Of a DNA stretch of 64,000 nucleotides, positions 36,299-49,609 are shown piece by piece (positions within the stretch are counted from its first letter, which is position 1; each line of letters begins with the position of its first letter). The translations under genes and the position numbers were made by a program. The DNA lies in contig CM074805.1 of assembly GCA_037447605.1 (NCBI GenBank), positions 868,001 through 932,000 of the forward strand. Reading direction: 5' to 3'. The DNA is from Zygnema circumcarinatum SAG 698-1b. Lineage: Eukaryota > Plantae > Zygnematophyceae. The notes below the pieces were generated by a model that made no database searches, was not told where the DNA came from, and saw only the letters and a list, made by a program, of their open reading frames with translations.

Positions 36299-37322
36299 AT
36301 GGGGTGCTTCGCCTTCGGGCGCTCCAAGCGGAAGGTGCCCGACCAGCGCTCGCCCGACGCGGCGGAGCCGCACCGCCCCAAGGCCGCGCAGGAGGAGAAG
36401 GGGAAGGAGGGGCAGGGGGAGGCTCCACCCACCCCTACCGCCCAAGCACCACCACCAGTAGGAGGAGAAGGAGGAGGAGGAGGAGCTACTGTGATGCTTC
36501 GCTCCTCCACCTTCCCCGCGGGCCCCGCCTCGTCTCCCTCCGCAAAGGCCCTCCTTACCGCCAAGTCCCACAACTCCACGGCGCCTCTGCCACTCCCGCT
36601 GCCCCTCTCGCCCGGCTCTCACGTCTCCCTCTCAAAAGACTCCTCCTCTCCCGCCCCCTCCCTCCCTCTCCCATCCTCCAAGGCGCAGGTTCACCCCATC
36701 CACCCTTCCAAAATACCCCACCCCCGCTCTCCCGGCGCCATTCTCTGGCCCTCCGGCTCCAAGTCTCACAAGTCGTCGCAGCCCCCCTCTCCCGCCACGC
36801 ACTCTCCCCGCTCTCCCTCCTCCTCTACCGCTCCTCCCACTCCCGCAAACTCTAGCCTTAAACATGCGGCCTCTCCCCAGCTCTTCGGGGGAGCCGCCGT
36901 CCCCTTGCCGACCCCCCCCCAGACCTCTCCCGGACCGAAGCTTCGCCGCATTCCATCGCTCGGGGAGCAGATCCCCGCGAATTTGCGGTTCTTTAGTGGA
37001 GCAGAACTTAGAACTGCGACGGATAATTTCTCGGAAGAGCACCTTCTCGGAGAGGGGGGCTTTGGCGCGGTCTATAAGGGCTATGTGGAGGAGTGGGTTC
37101 CTGTGGGAGGCGGTAAAGTCGCTCTCGAAAAGGTCGCTGTGGCAGTGAAGACTCTCAACGAGGATGGCCTCCAGGTACCCACTTCCCCTCTCTCCTTATC
37201 CTCACAATCTCCCACATTACTACATTCGACCGCATTGAGCTCTGGTATCACAAATTTCACCTCACCCTCAGTCAGTTAACCAACCCCATCATGCCTCTAT
37301 CTTTCCCCTCTCCTGCGACCTT

Positions 37323-37411
<89 letters not shown>

Positions 37412-40400
37412 CCCCCTGTGCGAGTGAGTCCCTCCCTCCTTGCAGGGGCAGAAGGAGTGGTTGGCGGAGGTGAACTACTTGGGCAACCTCGCCCACCCCC
37501 GCCTTGTCCGCCTCCTCGGCGCGTGCTCGGAGGCCCCCCCCGGGCGGTGCCGCATGCTCGTCTACGAGTTCGTCGCGAACGGCAGCCTCGACCGCCACCT
37601 CTTTGAGGCGCCCAAGGGCGGGGCCCTCCCGTGGCTCGCACGCCTCCGGGTCGCACTGGACGCCGCGCAGGGCCTCGTGCATCTGCACGAGGAGATAGAG
37701 CCGCCGGTAGGGAGAGGGAGAGGGAGGGAGAGGGGGGTGTTTTGAATAAGGGTGGACATGGACCCCGCGGTGGAAAGTCGCCTCCTTTCCCTCTCTTTCT
37801 CTCCCCTTCTTATCTATGTCCTCCCTTTCTTCCCCTTCCCTTCAGGTGATCTTTCGCGACTTCAAGGCTGCGAATGTCCTCTTGGACGAGGCCCTCCACG
37901 CGAAGCTCTCCGACTTCGGGCTCGCCCGCGCGGGGCCGGAGGGCGACAACACGCACGTGAGCACGCGCGTGGTGGGCACGCCCGGGTACGCCGCGCCGGA
38001 GTACGTCCTCACGGGACACCTCACCGCGAGGAGCGACGTGTGGAGCTACGGCGTGGTGCTGCTCGAACTGCTCACGGGCCGCAGGGCCATGGACGAGGGG
38101 CGGCCCAAGGAGGAGGTCAGCCTGGTCGACTGGAGCAGGCCGTATCTCACGGAGAGGTGGGAGGGGGAGGGAGAGGGAGAGGGGGGAGGGGAGGGAGAGG
38201 AGTGGGAGGGGAAGGGAGAGGGAGAGGAGGAAGGGGAAGGAGAGGAGTGGGTGGGGAAGGGAGAGGGAGAGGAGGAAGGGGAAGGAGAGGAGTGGGTGGG
38301 GTAGGGAGAGCGGAAGAGAAGGGAGTAAGGAGTGAGGGAGGAAAGTGGGAGGAGTGCGAGGACAGGGAGTGGGTGAAGGAGTGGGAGGAAAGGAAGAGGG
38401 GTGGGGGGGAGCGTGGCTGCAGGAGAGGGAGGGAGGGAGGTTGCATTCCCGGCGGAAGTAGAGAAATGGGAGTCGTGGTGGAGCAAAAGACAGGGGAGTG
38501 AGTGTGAGAGATGGGGCGCGGACAGGGGGATGCTCTCTCTGACACGTCACGCACTCTATTGTGATTCTCGCCTTGTTTTTTTTTCCTTTTTCAGTAGGAG
38601 GCTTTTCCGAATCATGGACCCCCTTTTGGAGGGGCGATATTCCGTGAAGGGCGCGCAGAAGGTGGCTGCTCTCGCCCAGCAGTGTCTGCAGAAGAACCCA
38701 AAGCAGCGCCCGCTGATGAGCGGAGTGGTGGCGGCTTTGGAGCCCCTGCAGGAGCTCACGGGTGAGGGAGGGAGGGAGGGAGGGAGGGAGGGAGGGAGGG
38801 AGGGGAGAAGACTGCTAAGTAAAATCTTAAGCAAACTGAGCAGCCTTAAGCACTCTGGGGACTTTCCGTTGTTATGGGAGAGTCGGAGAAAGTGGTAGGA
38901 GGAGTTGCTGGTTGTTATGGGAAGGAGAGTGGTTAAGCATTAAAGCCAAATTTTGGATCTCAGACGACTCAGTTTAGGGCCCTTTCTAAACCAAAAAATG
39001 AGATTTGTGTAGAGTGCCAGGTTGGGATTGTACATGAGGCCACGGCTTGTCTAGTTCGTGTAGTTGCATTTGTAACGCTTTCGAAGCAGGTCCAGTATTT
39101 CTGTTTCAAGGCGTGTGAGCTAATCCTCACATGTCAGTTTAATTTCGTCATATATATACATAAATGACAACGGAAGAGAGCAAGACAAGATTAGAGAGAG
39201 TAGATTAGTCGGAGCGGATAGAGCGAGCGAGAGAGAGAGTAGGGAGGACGGGAGGCAAAGAAGGTGGGGGAAGTGAGGAGAGTGCGAGTAAAGAAGACGG
39301 AGAGTGAAGTGGTACAGTGTACATTGACACTTTTGAAAGACATAGAATATCATCTGAGAGATTGGTAATGCCGATCGACCATGCACAGGCACTCATGTAG
39401 GAAACCTCCCCTCCCTGAACTTCCTTCCGAGCTGTAGAACCTTAGATACTTTAGGTCCATGCCAGAGGTTTGCCTCATTCCCCTAATCCTAACCCTAATT
39501 CTAACCCAACCCTAACCCTTACCCTAATCCTAACCCTAACCCTAATCCCCCTCCCTCCCCCTTGTTTGCTCTGCCTCCTCAGACCTCGCCTGCAGCTCCC
39601 CCATCGGCTCTGAACCCAAAACCCCGACCACCTCCAGCTCGAGGACGCATTCCTCTTCCCGCATTCCAAGTGGCCGCTCGGGAGAGGCTCGCGCTTCCCC
39701 CCGACCTTCAGATCACCGCCACCTGTCGTCCCGGACGCCGTCCGATCAGTTCTCTCCAAGCACGTCGAGCCGTCGATCGCCGCAGTCGCCTTCTCTGAGG
39801 GAGGAGGCGGCAGCGCGGGCGGCAGCTCACAGCCCTCCCAGCAAACACCCGCAACTGCCGCCAGGGAAGGAGGAGTACACGGCGCCGCTAGTGCTCTCCC
39901 TGAGAGAGAGAGCGAGTCAGGGAGGCAGCTTGAAGGACAGGAGAGGAGTGGCCCTAAGTCCTTTGGCTATAGGAAACCCGAAGCTGGGGAGGAGTAAGAG
40001 TCATAGGGGACCTCAGAGTGCTGATTCTAGACATGTGGGAACTGGGATGGGAGGGGGAGTTGAAGGGATAGAGGCACGAAGGCCGGCGACGGTGAAGACA
40101 ACATTGCAGGAGAGGCGGGGGTTAGCGCTGAGTCCTCTTTCGGTGGGAGTGTCCAATGGACAGGAGGGGCAGGAGAAGGGGGAGGGAGAGGTTGCTGGAG
40201 GGAACCACGAGGAACAGAGAGAGAGGAGGGAGAGGAGGTCGAGGAAGAAGGACAGGTCGAGGAGTAGCAGAAGCCTGCGAGCGGCTGCGAGTGTTGAGGG
40301 AGAGGAGGAGGCTGACTCCGGAAGCAGCTCCGAGGGGGTGCTGGAGAGACGGAAGGCGAGCAGGGGCGACTCGGGCAGCGAGGGATCGCGGCGGAGCAGG

Positions 40401-40493
40401 AGAGAGTCAAAGGGCGGCCTCGCGGAGGACACTGCGAGCAGTGGGAGCAGGTCGGGACGGGACGCGGAGAGCGGGCAGCAGGAGGGCGTATGA
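36299..40493 (+). CDS. Receptor-like cytoplasmic Ser/Thr kinase, RLCK-VII (PBL/APK1-like), 5 exons
   Basis: MGCF acylation start. Exons 36299-37174, 37446-37708, 37847-38154, 38598-38761 and 39712-40493. Motifs [82 protein letters not shown] and [18 protein letters not shown]. Confidence 0.95.
37323..37409. repeat. (ATC)n microsatellite, about 29 units, in kinase intron 1
   Basis: Seen directly. Confidence 0.98.
39481..39545. repeat. Degenerate (CCCTAA)n telomere-like tract, about 11 units, in kinase intron 4
   Basis: ccctaa tcctaa ccctaa ttctaa cccaa ccctaa ccctta ccctaa tcctaa ccctaa ccctaa. Confidence 0.8.
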
Positions 40494-42350
40494 AGGCGGA
40501 GGGAGGGAGGGAGGAGGCCCTTTCTCACTGTCAAGGAGCGTTTCTTTTTTTTTTTTTAGTTTTTTTATGTCAATGCTATAGAGTGCGAATGAAAGGTATG
40601 GCCATGGCATGGCATGTGGGGCTGTAGGATATTAACTTCATGACTTTTTTATTTTTGAGTTTGGCCCGTCCATATGGAGATGGGCAATGTCTGTACGTCC
40701 CTCCAAGCAGAATTAGGAAAGCTTTCTCTTTCCGGCCGCTAGTGGCTGTCATGGTTTATTGTTTACTGAACTGTTAGCTTTGAATTACTCTGTCCAGCAG
40801 GTTGTAGGACTACTTTCAGCGATTTTAGGGTTGTGGTGTAACTTTAGGGTTGTTAAATAGAGTTATATTATACCGCAGGTAGTCTCGTGTCAGTCTATAA
40901 GGAGGCCTTCATTCTTTCAGACGAAAACGACGCATGGAGCTTGCTCGGGTGCGCACTCCGTGCGGTTTCCGCTTAGTTTGGCTCGTAGACAAAGAGAGGC
41001 TCCTGCTACTCCAGTTTAGAAACAGCACTCATTCTGTAGCCTCTCTTGTATTGTCCATTTACTTTAGAAAAAAATAAGTCAATAAGGTCCTTGTAGCCGC
41101 TTTTCTTTCTCAAAAGTGGTTGGGTGGAATGGGGATCTGTTCTTTGGTCCTTCGCAGTTTCGAGATCAATGAAGGCCTCAGTAGATACTGCAAAACTGAA
41201 ATCTGAATGGAGGGAGGACAGAAGGCGATGCCCATTTGCTGCAGCCCAAAAACGAAAAATGAAGGAATCGATGCAGACTGTTTACAAGTCCCTTCAATGC
41301 TAGTCACCCGATCCTCACCAGTCATATGATTAATACTACTAAGCGGCGAAATAATGTTAAGATCCATAGAGAAATAGAGGACGCTGGATGGGGGGGGGAT
41401 GACCTAACTGGGCAGGTACTCGATCCGATGGCTTCAGACTGTCAAGGCAGGAAAGGATCTTTGAGAAGCTAAGCTGATTATTGCTAACCCATCAGAATTG
41501 ACTTTTCCAAAAGCAACAGCTCGAAAAAACGAACTGCAATCGTAAAGGGTTATGCAGGGCATGTCTCGGCACGAAATGAAAGCTCCAAGGCTTTTTAAGT
41601 CGCCAACATTCAGTCAAATATGATCCTAAAGGACAGAGGAAAGAGAACTGGGAGACCACTAATGCAGACGCCACTGGAACCTTATTCTTCATCTGCGGTA
41701 ACAATTTTTGTCTCACATACACCAGTTTCAGAAGAATCAGCGACTACATAAAATCAAGAAGAAACAGAACACGAGACAAGATCAACGTAAAGTTGGCGAA
41801 AAGCAAAGTTTCTTCCTTAAAGTCAGTGGTGGGTACAAGCAAATCTTTATTCAGGCTGCTACAATGCCTCAATATTGGAGCCGATTACTACACCTTGCCC
41901 TCACCAAAACAGAACCCTAACCCTGCTCGCTGCCAATATTCCGGCAAATCTTTTCAAATGCTGCAACTCAAATGTACAAAAAAATGATTGCAGCCAATAA
42001 CTGCATAGAAACAATGTGGAACTCGAGCCCCTGCCTGCAGTCACTAAAATTCCCTTGAAAGCCCGCGAGCGACATCATCACTTATTTCTGGAGTCACCAC
42101 AGATTGAAAGAACGACAAAGACGATGACGCTAGCGAGGGAACAGGTAATAGCTTCCGTCATCGTCCATCATGGCTTCCGATCCACACTTCATAACTACCA
42201 GCAGATGGCCGAGCCTCAACTCTTCACGAGATGAAGTTGTCAGGATGGACAACTCTGCAGCGAATTGCACCTGTGAAATTCTCCGTCCAAAACGGGGCAA
42301 ATACATCCTTTTCAAACTCCAGGAGTGCTCAAATGCTACGAGTCACAAGC

Positions 42351-42989
42351 TTACGCCTCGTCACGGGAGTAGGCAGGATCTTCGTTGTATGCTCCATACT
42401 TCTTCTTCATTTTGTCCGCCAATACATGTGCGCTCTTCGCTTCCATCTTCTCCTTCCTCCTCTCCGCCGCCGCTTGCTCCTTCGCTGCTTGCTTGGGATT
42501 CACTTCGACTGTTTGTGCTTCCAAATCTTCATAGAAATCAATGAGCCCGCACTGATAAATGAGGCATGACAAGAGGAAAGTCACGAGCTGGCTGCAGAAG
42601 AGAATGAAGTACAGCGCACCCTCCGCCCGCAGCAAGCTTTTCGCCGTCGACTTCTTCGTGTCATGCCCGATCTCGTTCAGCACGGTGTCAAGTTTGAAGA
42701 AAATCACCAGAAACGAAACGCAGAGCCCTGCAGTCGACAGAAGCATTCCAAGCAGATGGCAGCCAAAGCATCCTCCTTGGCCGGAAGAAATTGCGCCAAA
42801 GAGTCCAGCCACTGTAGTCACCACTCCAAGCGCCACAAAGCCCCAGCCCGCAGGAAAGCTTGGACTGTGCTTGATCACAAACATGATGACGATGGAGGCC
42901 AAAGCGCCCGACACCACCACCCAGTTCACCAGCCTGAGGAAGCCGGTTGAAATATGGGCCACATGGCCCTTCAGAGATCTTCCAGGCAT
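42351..42989 (-). CDS. Conserved plant four-TM membrane protein with charged coiled-coil C-terminus (uncharacterised)
   Basis: ORF from ATG 42989 with four hydrophobic helices followed by FYEDLEA..AHVLADKMKKKYG, resembling a plant 'membrane lipoprotein' family. The 3' end may continue after a GTAAG donor. Confidence 0.75.
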   Translation of the reverse strand: MPGRSLKGHVAHISTGFLRLVNWVVVSGALASIVIMFVIKHSPSFPAGWGFVALGVVTTVAGLFGAISSGQGGCFGCHLLGMLLSTAGLCVSFLVIFFKLDTVLNEIGHDTKKSTAKSLLRAEGALYFILFCSQLVTFLLSCLIYQCGLIDFYEDLEAQTVEVNPKQAAKEQAAAERRKEKMEAKSAHVLADKMKKKYGAYNEDPAYSRDEA

Positions 42990-43738
42990 GGCGCCGCTTC
43001 CCTGCTCCCACAACAAATCAACAGAAACCTCCTCCCTCCTCCTCTCCTCCCTCCTCTCCTCCCTCTACTCTCCTCTCCTCTCCTCTCTCCCTCCCTGTCC
43101 TCTCCTCTGTCACCTCCCTCTCCCCTCTCCGGTCGCTCGCAGTCTCTGCCCCCTCCCTTTCCGACCCGTTGGCTGACGCTCCCGGTGATGTAGTCCGCTC
43201 CAAATGATGTAGGGTCAGCGCTACATCACCCTCCCATGCTGGCGGAAAAGTGATGCAGGCCTGGCCCAAAGTGATGTTGAGCGCTCCGAGTGATGTCGTG
43301 GATGCGGGCGGCGACCGCCGGAAGGGGCGGCGACGGGAACATTCCTCGCCGGCCACGTGGCAGTACGGCGTGAGGGACAGCTCGCGCTCGCACGGGCGAA
43401 CTGCATACCCGACCCATGTGCAGCTGTTATTGTCCTGTTTTCCTCGACAGTGAGACTGTGCACTGAACAGGGAAAGGCAGTTTTCTCTGTCAGCCCGCTC
43501 GGCCAAAAGGCTCCGTTCCGTAAAAGAGAATGCGAATCACGACATTATGACAGGCGGCAAGCCTGGATTGGCTCCGTGTAACGCGGCAACGTCAACGGTC
43601 AACGATCAGTGGCCGGATGGGGCCCGATTGGGGGCGTCGAAAGGGCGAATATGGCATGGGAAGAGTACGCAGGAGGACAGGCCTTGAGGGCGCCCAAGCC
43701 CTCCCCTCCCCCACATCGGCATTGAGCTTCGGGCTGCA

Positions 43739-43827
43739 GCACTGGCACTGGCACTGGCACTGGCACTGGCACTGGCACTGGCACTGGCACTGGCACTGGC
43801 ACTGGCACTGGGACTGGGACTGGGACT
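43739..43827. repeat. (GCACTG)12 grading into (GGACTG)3 hexamer microsatellite
   Basis: Seen directly. Confidence 0.95.
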
Positions 43828-44450
43828 CACTCATAGAAGCATAGTACTTTGTGTTCAGCAGCTCACTACACACCCTGAGAACTCCAAACTTCTGACAAAC
43901 ATCACGGAAGACCCGCTAAGTGTGGTGCAAGGGCTGCTTCAAGATGCGCCCACACAACTCGTGCGCATGTCACAGAAGCCAAACGCAGCCACGAGGCCCA
44001 TGGCTTCCCGCCCAGTGCAGCCGCAGCAGACGGAGGAGGTCAACATCACACAGACACTGTTCGCATGCAAACCAATTACTTCAATCATTGCTTTTCCAAC
44101 TCCAAGACAGTGTACAGAATCCACCTCTTCCAGCTTCACACTCTTATCTTTGTCTGCCACTACTTGAAACCGCAATTCAAACGCTCTAATGGAAGGCCAA
44201 TTGGCGGGTTCCTCCAATCACTGCCATAGGAAATGCGGACACAGGCAAGTAGCCGCAAAGCGGCGCTTGCTTCACTGACATTGAACAGAGAGTACTATTA
44301 CTCTACAAAATATCTGAATAATCCGCCATTTCCCTGACACCAAACAAAATGACCAGGCAAAGCGTAGCAATAAAGAAATGGAATTTCACATCTTCTTACA
44401 AAGCCAGGCCCCGGAAGGGCAGTGGCAGCTTTTCGGTCAAAGGGAGGGCT

Positions 44451-47400
44451 TCAGGAAAAAATTGCCTTGGCGCAGATGCAGACCTGGTCACACTCGCACA
44501 GCAGGCGCGCAGTGCTCTTGTGGAGGTGTTTTCTACACCGCGTAAATATTGAATCATAAAGAATGTCAAAATGGATGCCGGCACGAGCCGGGTTGAGGAT
44601 GAAGGTGATATGGTCTGCCTCGAACAGGGTGTAGTACCTGCGCAGGGAGCAAAGCTCAGAAATACCGTGAGAGGGAGGAGAGGGAAGGGAGGAACGAAAT
44701 TGTGCAGGACAGTGATAGCATTCATCAGCCAAGGTTTGCAGCTACACCAACCAAGGTTCGGCACCTGCAGGAACTGCAACTAATGTGAACGTATGAACAC
44801 ATCATGTTAAGGCTGATCAGTGACATTCGAATCCCATCAAGCTATCGGTTTTAGAGTTTTCAAAGTGATCGTTAAGCTCCTCACCAAATGCCTGGCTCAA
44901 ACCGTTGCCTTCCTTTAAGCTTCAGAGGACAATGCATATGCTTCGTCGGCACGCGAGGGTAGAGCATGGAAATAGTGTTCAGACAGCCGTCATTATCGTG
45001 CCAGTCCTCATCCCTGCTCCCCAACAGCGAAAAGGACGGAGTAATGAGTTGAGTTTTAGCAGCCACCCCTCATTTATTAGTGGAAGATAGCGGTCATTAA
45101 GCCGTCTGCGATACCTTCAATTGCGTCTGCAAACTGTACAGCCCCTAAAGCTGCTCATCTGATGTTACAAGTGAAAGCTTACAGCAGTCACTGCAAGCAG
45201 TACTTGTAGCCCAACCTACCTGTAGCCCTCGTAAGGAGCAACACATGTCTGAGGAAGTCTCCATTGGCTCATTTGAAAAGACCGGATAAGAAAGACCGGG
45301 TGAATGCCTGCTGTGATAGGCAGTGTCCGCCCCATCACTCTCCTTGTCTTCTTTGTCGCATAGCTGCAAGTGGTCATCAGCAGTGCCCACTAGAGTTAAC
45401 CTTGGACAGTTGAAATGCCTACAGCTATTTGAACGGAAAAGTAGATGATGATTATGATGAGGGCTTAGCCAACTGTAAAAAAACATAAATGTAAAAACAT
45501 CTTTAAGTCCTTTGCATACAAAGGCTGAGAGCTCAAGAGGCCATGTGTGTTGAAGAGCAGTAAATGCCAGGAAGGTGCTCCTTACCTAAAGTAGTACGTA
45601 TTTGGATACGTCTTCAGCCGTTTATTGAGTTCCATGCTAGCCTGTAAGCTTAGGTCAGGCAGAATCCAGTCACCGGAATGTAAGGGGCCAATACGCTTCA
45701 TAAGTAGATCCCATAGGCCAACCAATCCAACTTTATGCCATGATAAGTTGAAGTGGTCAAAGCCCCAACTATAGTAGCGCTTCAGGGGTGTGATGTCAAA
45801 CCATTCGGTGAAGATAATGACTAAGTAGAGCACTTGAAGGAGTGTGCATGGGCGCAAAGATAATCCATCACTAGGGCTGCACAATGTTTCACAGAACGAA
45901 CGGCTGAGAAAGTTCCTAGTGCTCCTAGTTCCTAGTGTACCTAACACTAAAACACAGGGATAGCCAGGACTGGTCCCCCGTGCATGTCGAGCTATGTAGG
46001 CGGCCTTTCCCTTTGCTACTAGTCATTCGCTCATGCTTCAATAAAAGTATGTCTCGATGTAAAAGAGATGTAGAGTATGGATTTATAAGGCCTTCTTTCC
46101 AAAAAGTCAATCATTAATAAAAACACTCTCAAATATGCTTTACTGATATGATTAAGGAAATAAACAAAACGAAAGCAAAGGTTAAGAGTACTATAAATTC
46201 ACCTCAGGCCATCAATATACACACGTGTTGAACCGTTCATGGCACCAGATATGGAAGTGAGGCTGGCCACCCAATCAGCATTGCTGTTCTCGAAGCCAGG
46301 GAAATACTGTTTCGGGCACAGAATGAACAAAATACAAATCAGACCACGACCACAGAAGGAGAGATTCACGTTCAGAAGATTGTTATAGAGGTCAGCATGT
46401 CAAGTATCAGATTTCAGGGTCTCTAAATCTTCTTTGGGACATGAAGAGCGCTTTAGGTTCCAAGCCAGAACTTTTTAACAACCCAGCGGTAAAATGCAAC
46501 TTGATTCGTACCTTCTCAGCCAATAAAGTTTGCAGTAACCGCACGACCTGGACTCCAGATGAATGCCCAACAAAATGAATAGGATGATTCTCGTCCCATT
46601 CGGGATAGTGACCTGAGCATACAATTGCAAACGCAATAAGAGTGCTGTATCTCTCAGACTCCATACGGAAGTTGCAACAATCACCCGTCCAAGAGAGCAA
46701 TTGGTGTGCTGTAGTGTGAAAAGGACTAACTGGCTAAGCAGATTCCGCTAAGGAATTGGTGAATGAAGAGATGACTCAACTAACTCAACTCGACTGTTTG
46801 TAACTTACCTATATTGTAAACCCTGCCAAATCGGTTATGTCCAAAATGTTGACTGTGCTCTTTTCCATAGTCCACGGTCCCGCCCTTCAGATAGTAAAAA
46901 AGCTCACAAGCCCTGCGGCAGCGAAAGAGTATTGCATACCACCATCAACCTAACTTGCTAAGTCATCCACTCAACCTATCGGAACCGAAGTTGGCGGAAC
47001 CAATAAATGAGAAAACTGAGCGAGGGTCAGACAAGGGAAAACCACTGATTTGGAAGCTACAGTCCATGGATATCCTCAATGATTCGGCAGAATTGAACAA
47101 AACAGCAATTGCCAGGCGTATATGCTCTAGAATCCTCTCTTTACATTGCGTAATCTCTTGTCGGGCACATGCCATTATTCAAAGGCATGGAGTCCTTCAA
47201 ATCATAACCAAGCTCGTGCAACTACTTGCCTGTCATGCAAACTTGACAACGATCCAAGATCAGGTACGAGGACACGATCGTCCCTTAACTCTGCTCCACC
47301 AAAGTACGAGAGACCCCCCAATTTCTGTTCTGCCAAATGCGACAAAATTCAAAGATTAGAGCTACCTTTCGCAACGATTTCAGGATTTGACTGTTATTAT

Positions 47401-47845
47401 TCAAAGCTTGCACTTGTAGCTAATCAAGCACGCTGGTGCAAAAGCGGTCAGATGTGCACAGCCGAATTTACAACAGTCACACGTCGAGCAGCTTGCTTAC
47501 CCCGTGGCCAAAACCAAAAATACCGTGTACTAGGACAATTGGCGCCAGATTCTGATACAAATTTCCAGCTTTTTCGAAATCATCAGCATTGTAATTCAGA
47601 TTTTCCCCTGAAGCCGGCGGAACATCCGCTGTGAATGTAGAAAGTGAGGCTTCAGTAAACTTCGACACTTTTCTCGGTAGGGCCGATGGGGGCAACTTCT
47701 CGGGAGTGCTCGTAAAAACCCTGAAAAACTTAATAAAGTCACAAACGAGGGCCCATGCTATGACTGTTCCCGCGTAGGTAATGTGAACAATTATACTTAT
47801 TGTAAGTTCCAGCGCACACATAAGTTGCCAAATCCTTTGCAGCAT
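44451..47845 (-). CDS. Alpha/beta-hydrolase, lipase-like (At1g10740-like), multi-exon
   Basis: PIVLVHGIFGFG, KLGGLSYF..VLVPDLGSL..HDR|ACELFYYLKGG, HPIHFVGHSSG (nucleophile motif), GAMNGSTR, WILPDLS, NDGCLNTISM, EADHITFILN. Confidence 0.92.
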
Positions 47846-49609
47846 GTTTCAACGATGCTTTCTACAAGTCCAAATTCTACTTCCAGGTAAAGCTCTCCAC
47901 CAATGGTCGGGTCTCCTATGCTCTCATGAGCTCCTGTTCGATGCCCTTACAGCCTCAGCTGCAGGCGGATTCAAAACTAGCAACAAGCTCTATCTCGCCA
48001 GAAAAGCTGCCAAAACCCAGCATCTAAGTTCAACCGGCGACCCTCGGGCCTGCCAGCTCAAACCATGCCAGGCACGGCAAGCAATCTCAAGCGCCCTTCT
48101 ACATAACAGGAATGGCGGGCGGCGCCTGGAATTCTCCACACTGAACGCTCAGTGGCGGAGCTTTCCGAGGGTCCGCACAAGCTGGATGACCTGGCAGCAG
48201 CCATGGCTGCCCCCCTGGCTGGACCTGGAGCCGCCTCGCGACGCAGGCAGGCAGCAGGACCACTGACAGGCGGGGGCTCCTCGACCAGACCTACGTTTCC
48301 TTTCAGCTGCCCGGAAGCCGGTCGGCCCAATCCCAAAACATATCACATTTCTGTACCAGCTCCGCTCGTTGGACACGTGTCCTTCCACTACTGGCTGGAA
48401 CTAACCGTTTCCAGTTCGTACGGTAACAATTAATTCAAAAATAGGTCAGGAAAAAAGTTGGTGACCGACCCTGTCACACGTGTGACGGCTATATCTGATA
48501 GGCTGTCTGGATTTCCCCCCTGCGGGCAGCCACAAGCTTCCCGGCGGCAGGATCCGCCTCGGGCCGTCCGCCGCCAGTCAACGAAATCCGTACAGAAAGC
48601 CGTCGCACACGCCTAGGAGACGCGTGATTGGTCCAAAATTGTTCGGGCAGGCTGGACAGTTGGCCGGACGTTGTCAGAATCTTCGCTCGAGAAGTTTCCA
48701 GATAAGATTCAATATCGGGATATATCGTCTGGAAATGTTTTGGCGGAAATGGGCGCGGTGGTTCCTGATTGGTCAACTCGTGGTGGCTGTTCGGAACTGC
48801 AATTACTGTATTCCGGTACCGTACTGACTAAATTAACATGGATTCAACTGACTAACGTGACTGACTACATTAGGCTTCATGTCGCTGACCATTGAATTGG
48901 CAACTTTGGCTAATCATCAGCCAATGGCTCTCAACCATCGAATGGCGGATCCAGCCAACCATTGGCAATGGGTTGCAACCACTGGGTTCAATGGTTGGTA
49001 GACATTGCCAATGGTTGGCGTCTTTGAGACAACCATTTTAGTTTGCCCGGTGTGCTGCTTTCCATATCCAGGTTCTGGTTGTGCTGCAGTTTGGCGCTTG
49101 CACATGTTTCGGCAAAAAAGTGGCAATGGTAGGTGAGGGGCTCCATACCAATGGACACATGACATGCGGCATGCCATGCTCAGTGCGTGTGCCATTCATA
49201 GCCATGTGTATTGAGCATTCCCTGCGTGCATGCATGCATGCACCGTGTTCACTGGATGTGCATGCAAGATCGAGATCCCCGTAATAACCACTTTCTTGGG
49301 AATAGTGATGTGTGCTTCCATTGTTCCACGTGAGCCACACCACAAACGACACAGAATGGGGGGATGGCAGAAAGGATCACCAAGAATCTGCACCCTTGCG
49401 GGCTTGGAAGGCACCTCGATGGTAAAAGAATAACGAACTCAAGAATCAATACCTAAAAAACTAGCCATTACATGTCTAACAGTAATAGAAATTCACTGAC
49501 CATTTATTACCTGACAAAGTTCAGCCTCGATCAGAATGACAAGGCGGCCGAGTCACAGAAGCACCTTGGAAAGAAAAAAAAAAATTAAAAAAACGAGGGC
49601 AAGCCGTGA

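Noticed and set aside
37272-37688. Poly-Asp / poly-Ser ORFs
   Set aside because: Arise from the intronic (ATC)n tract and antisense to kinase exon 2.
43592-43873. (QC)n, (WH)n, (PV)n, (SA)n ORFs
   Set aside because: Hexamer microsatellite translations.
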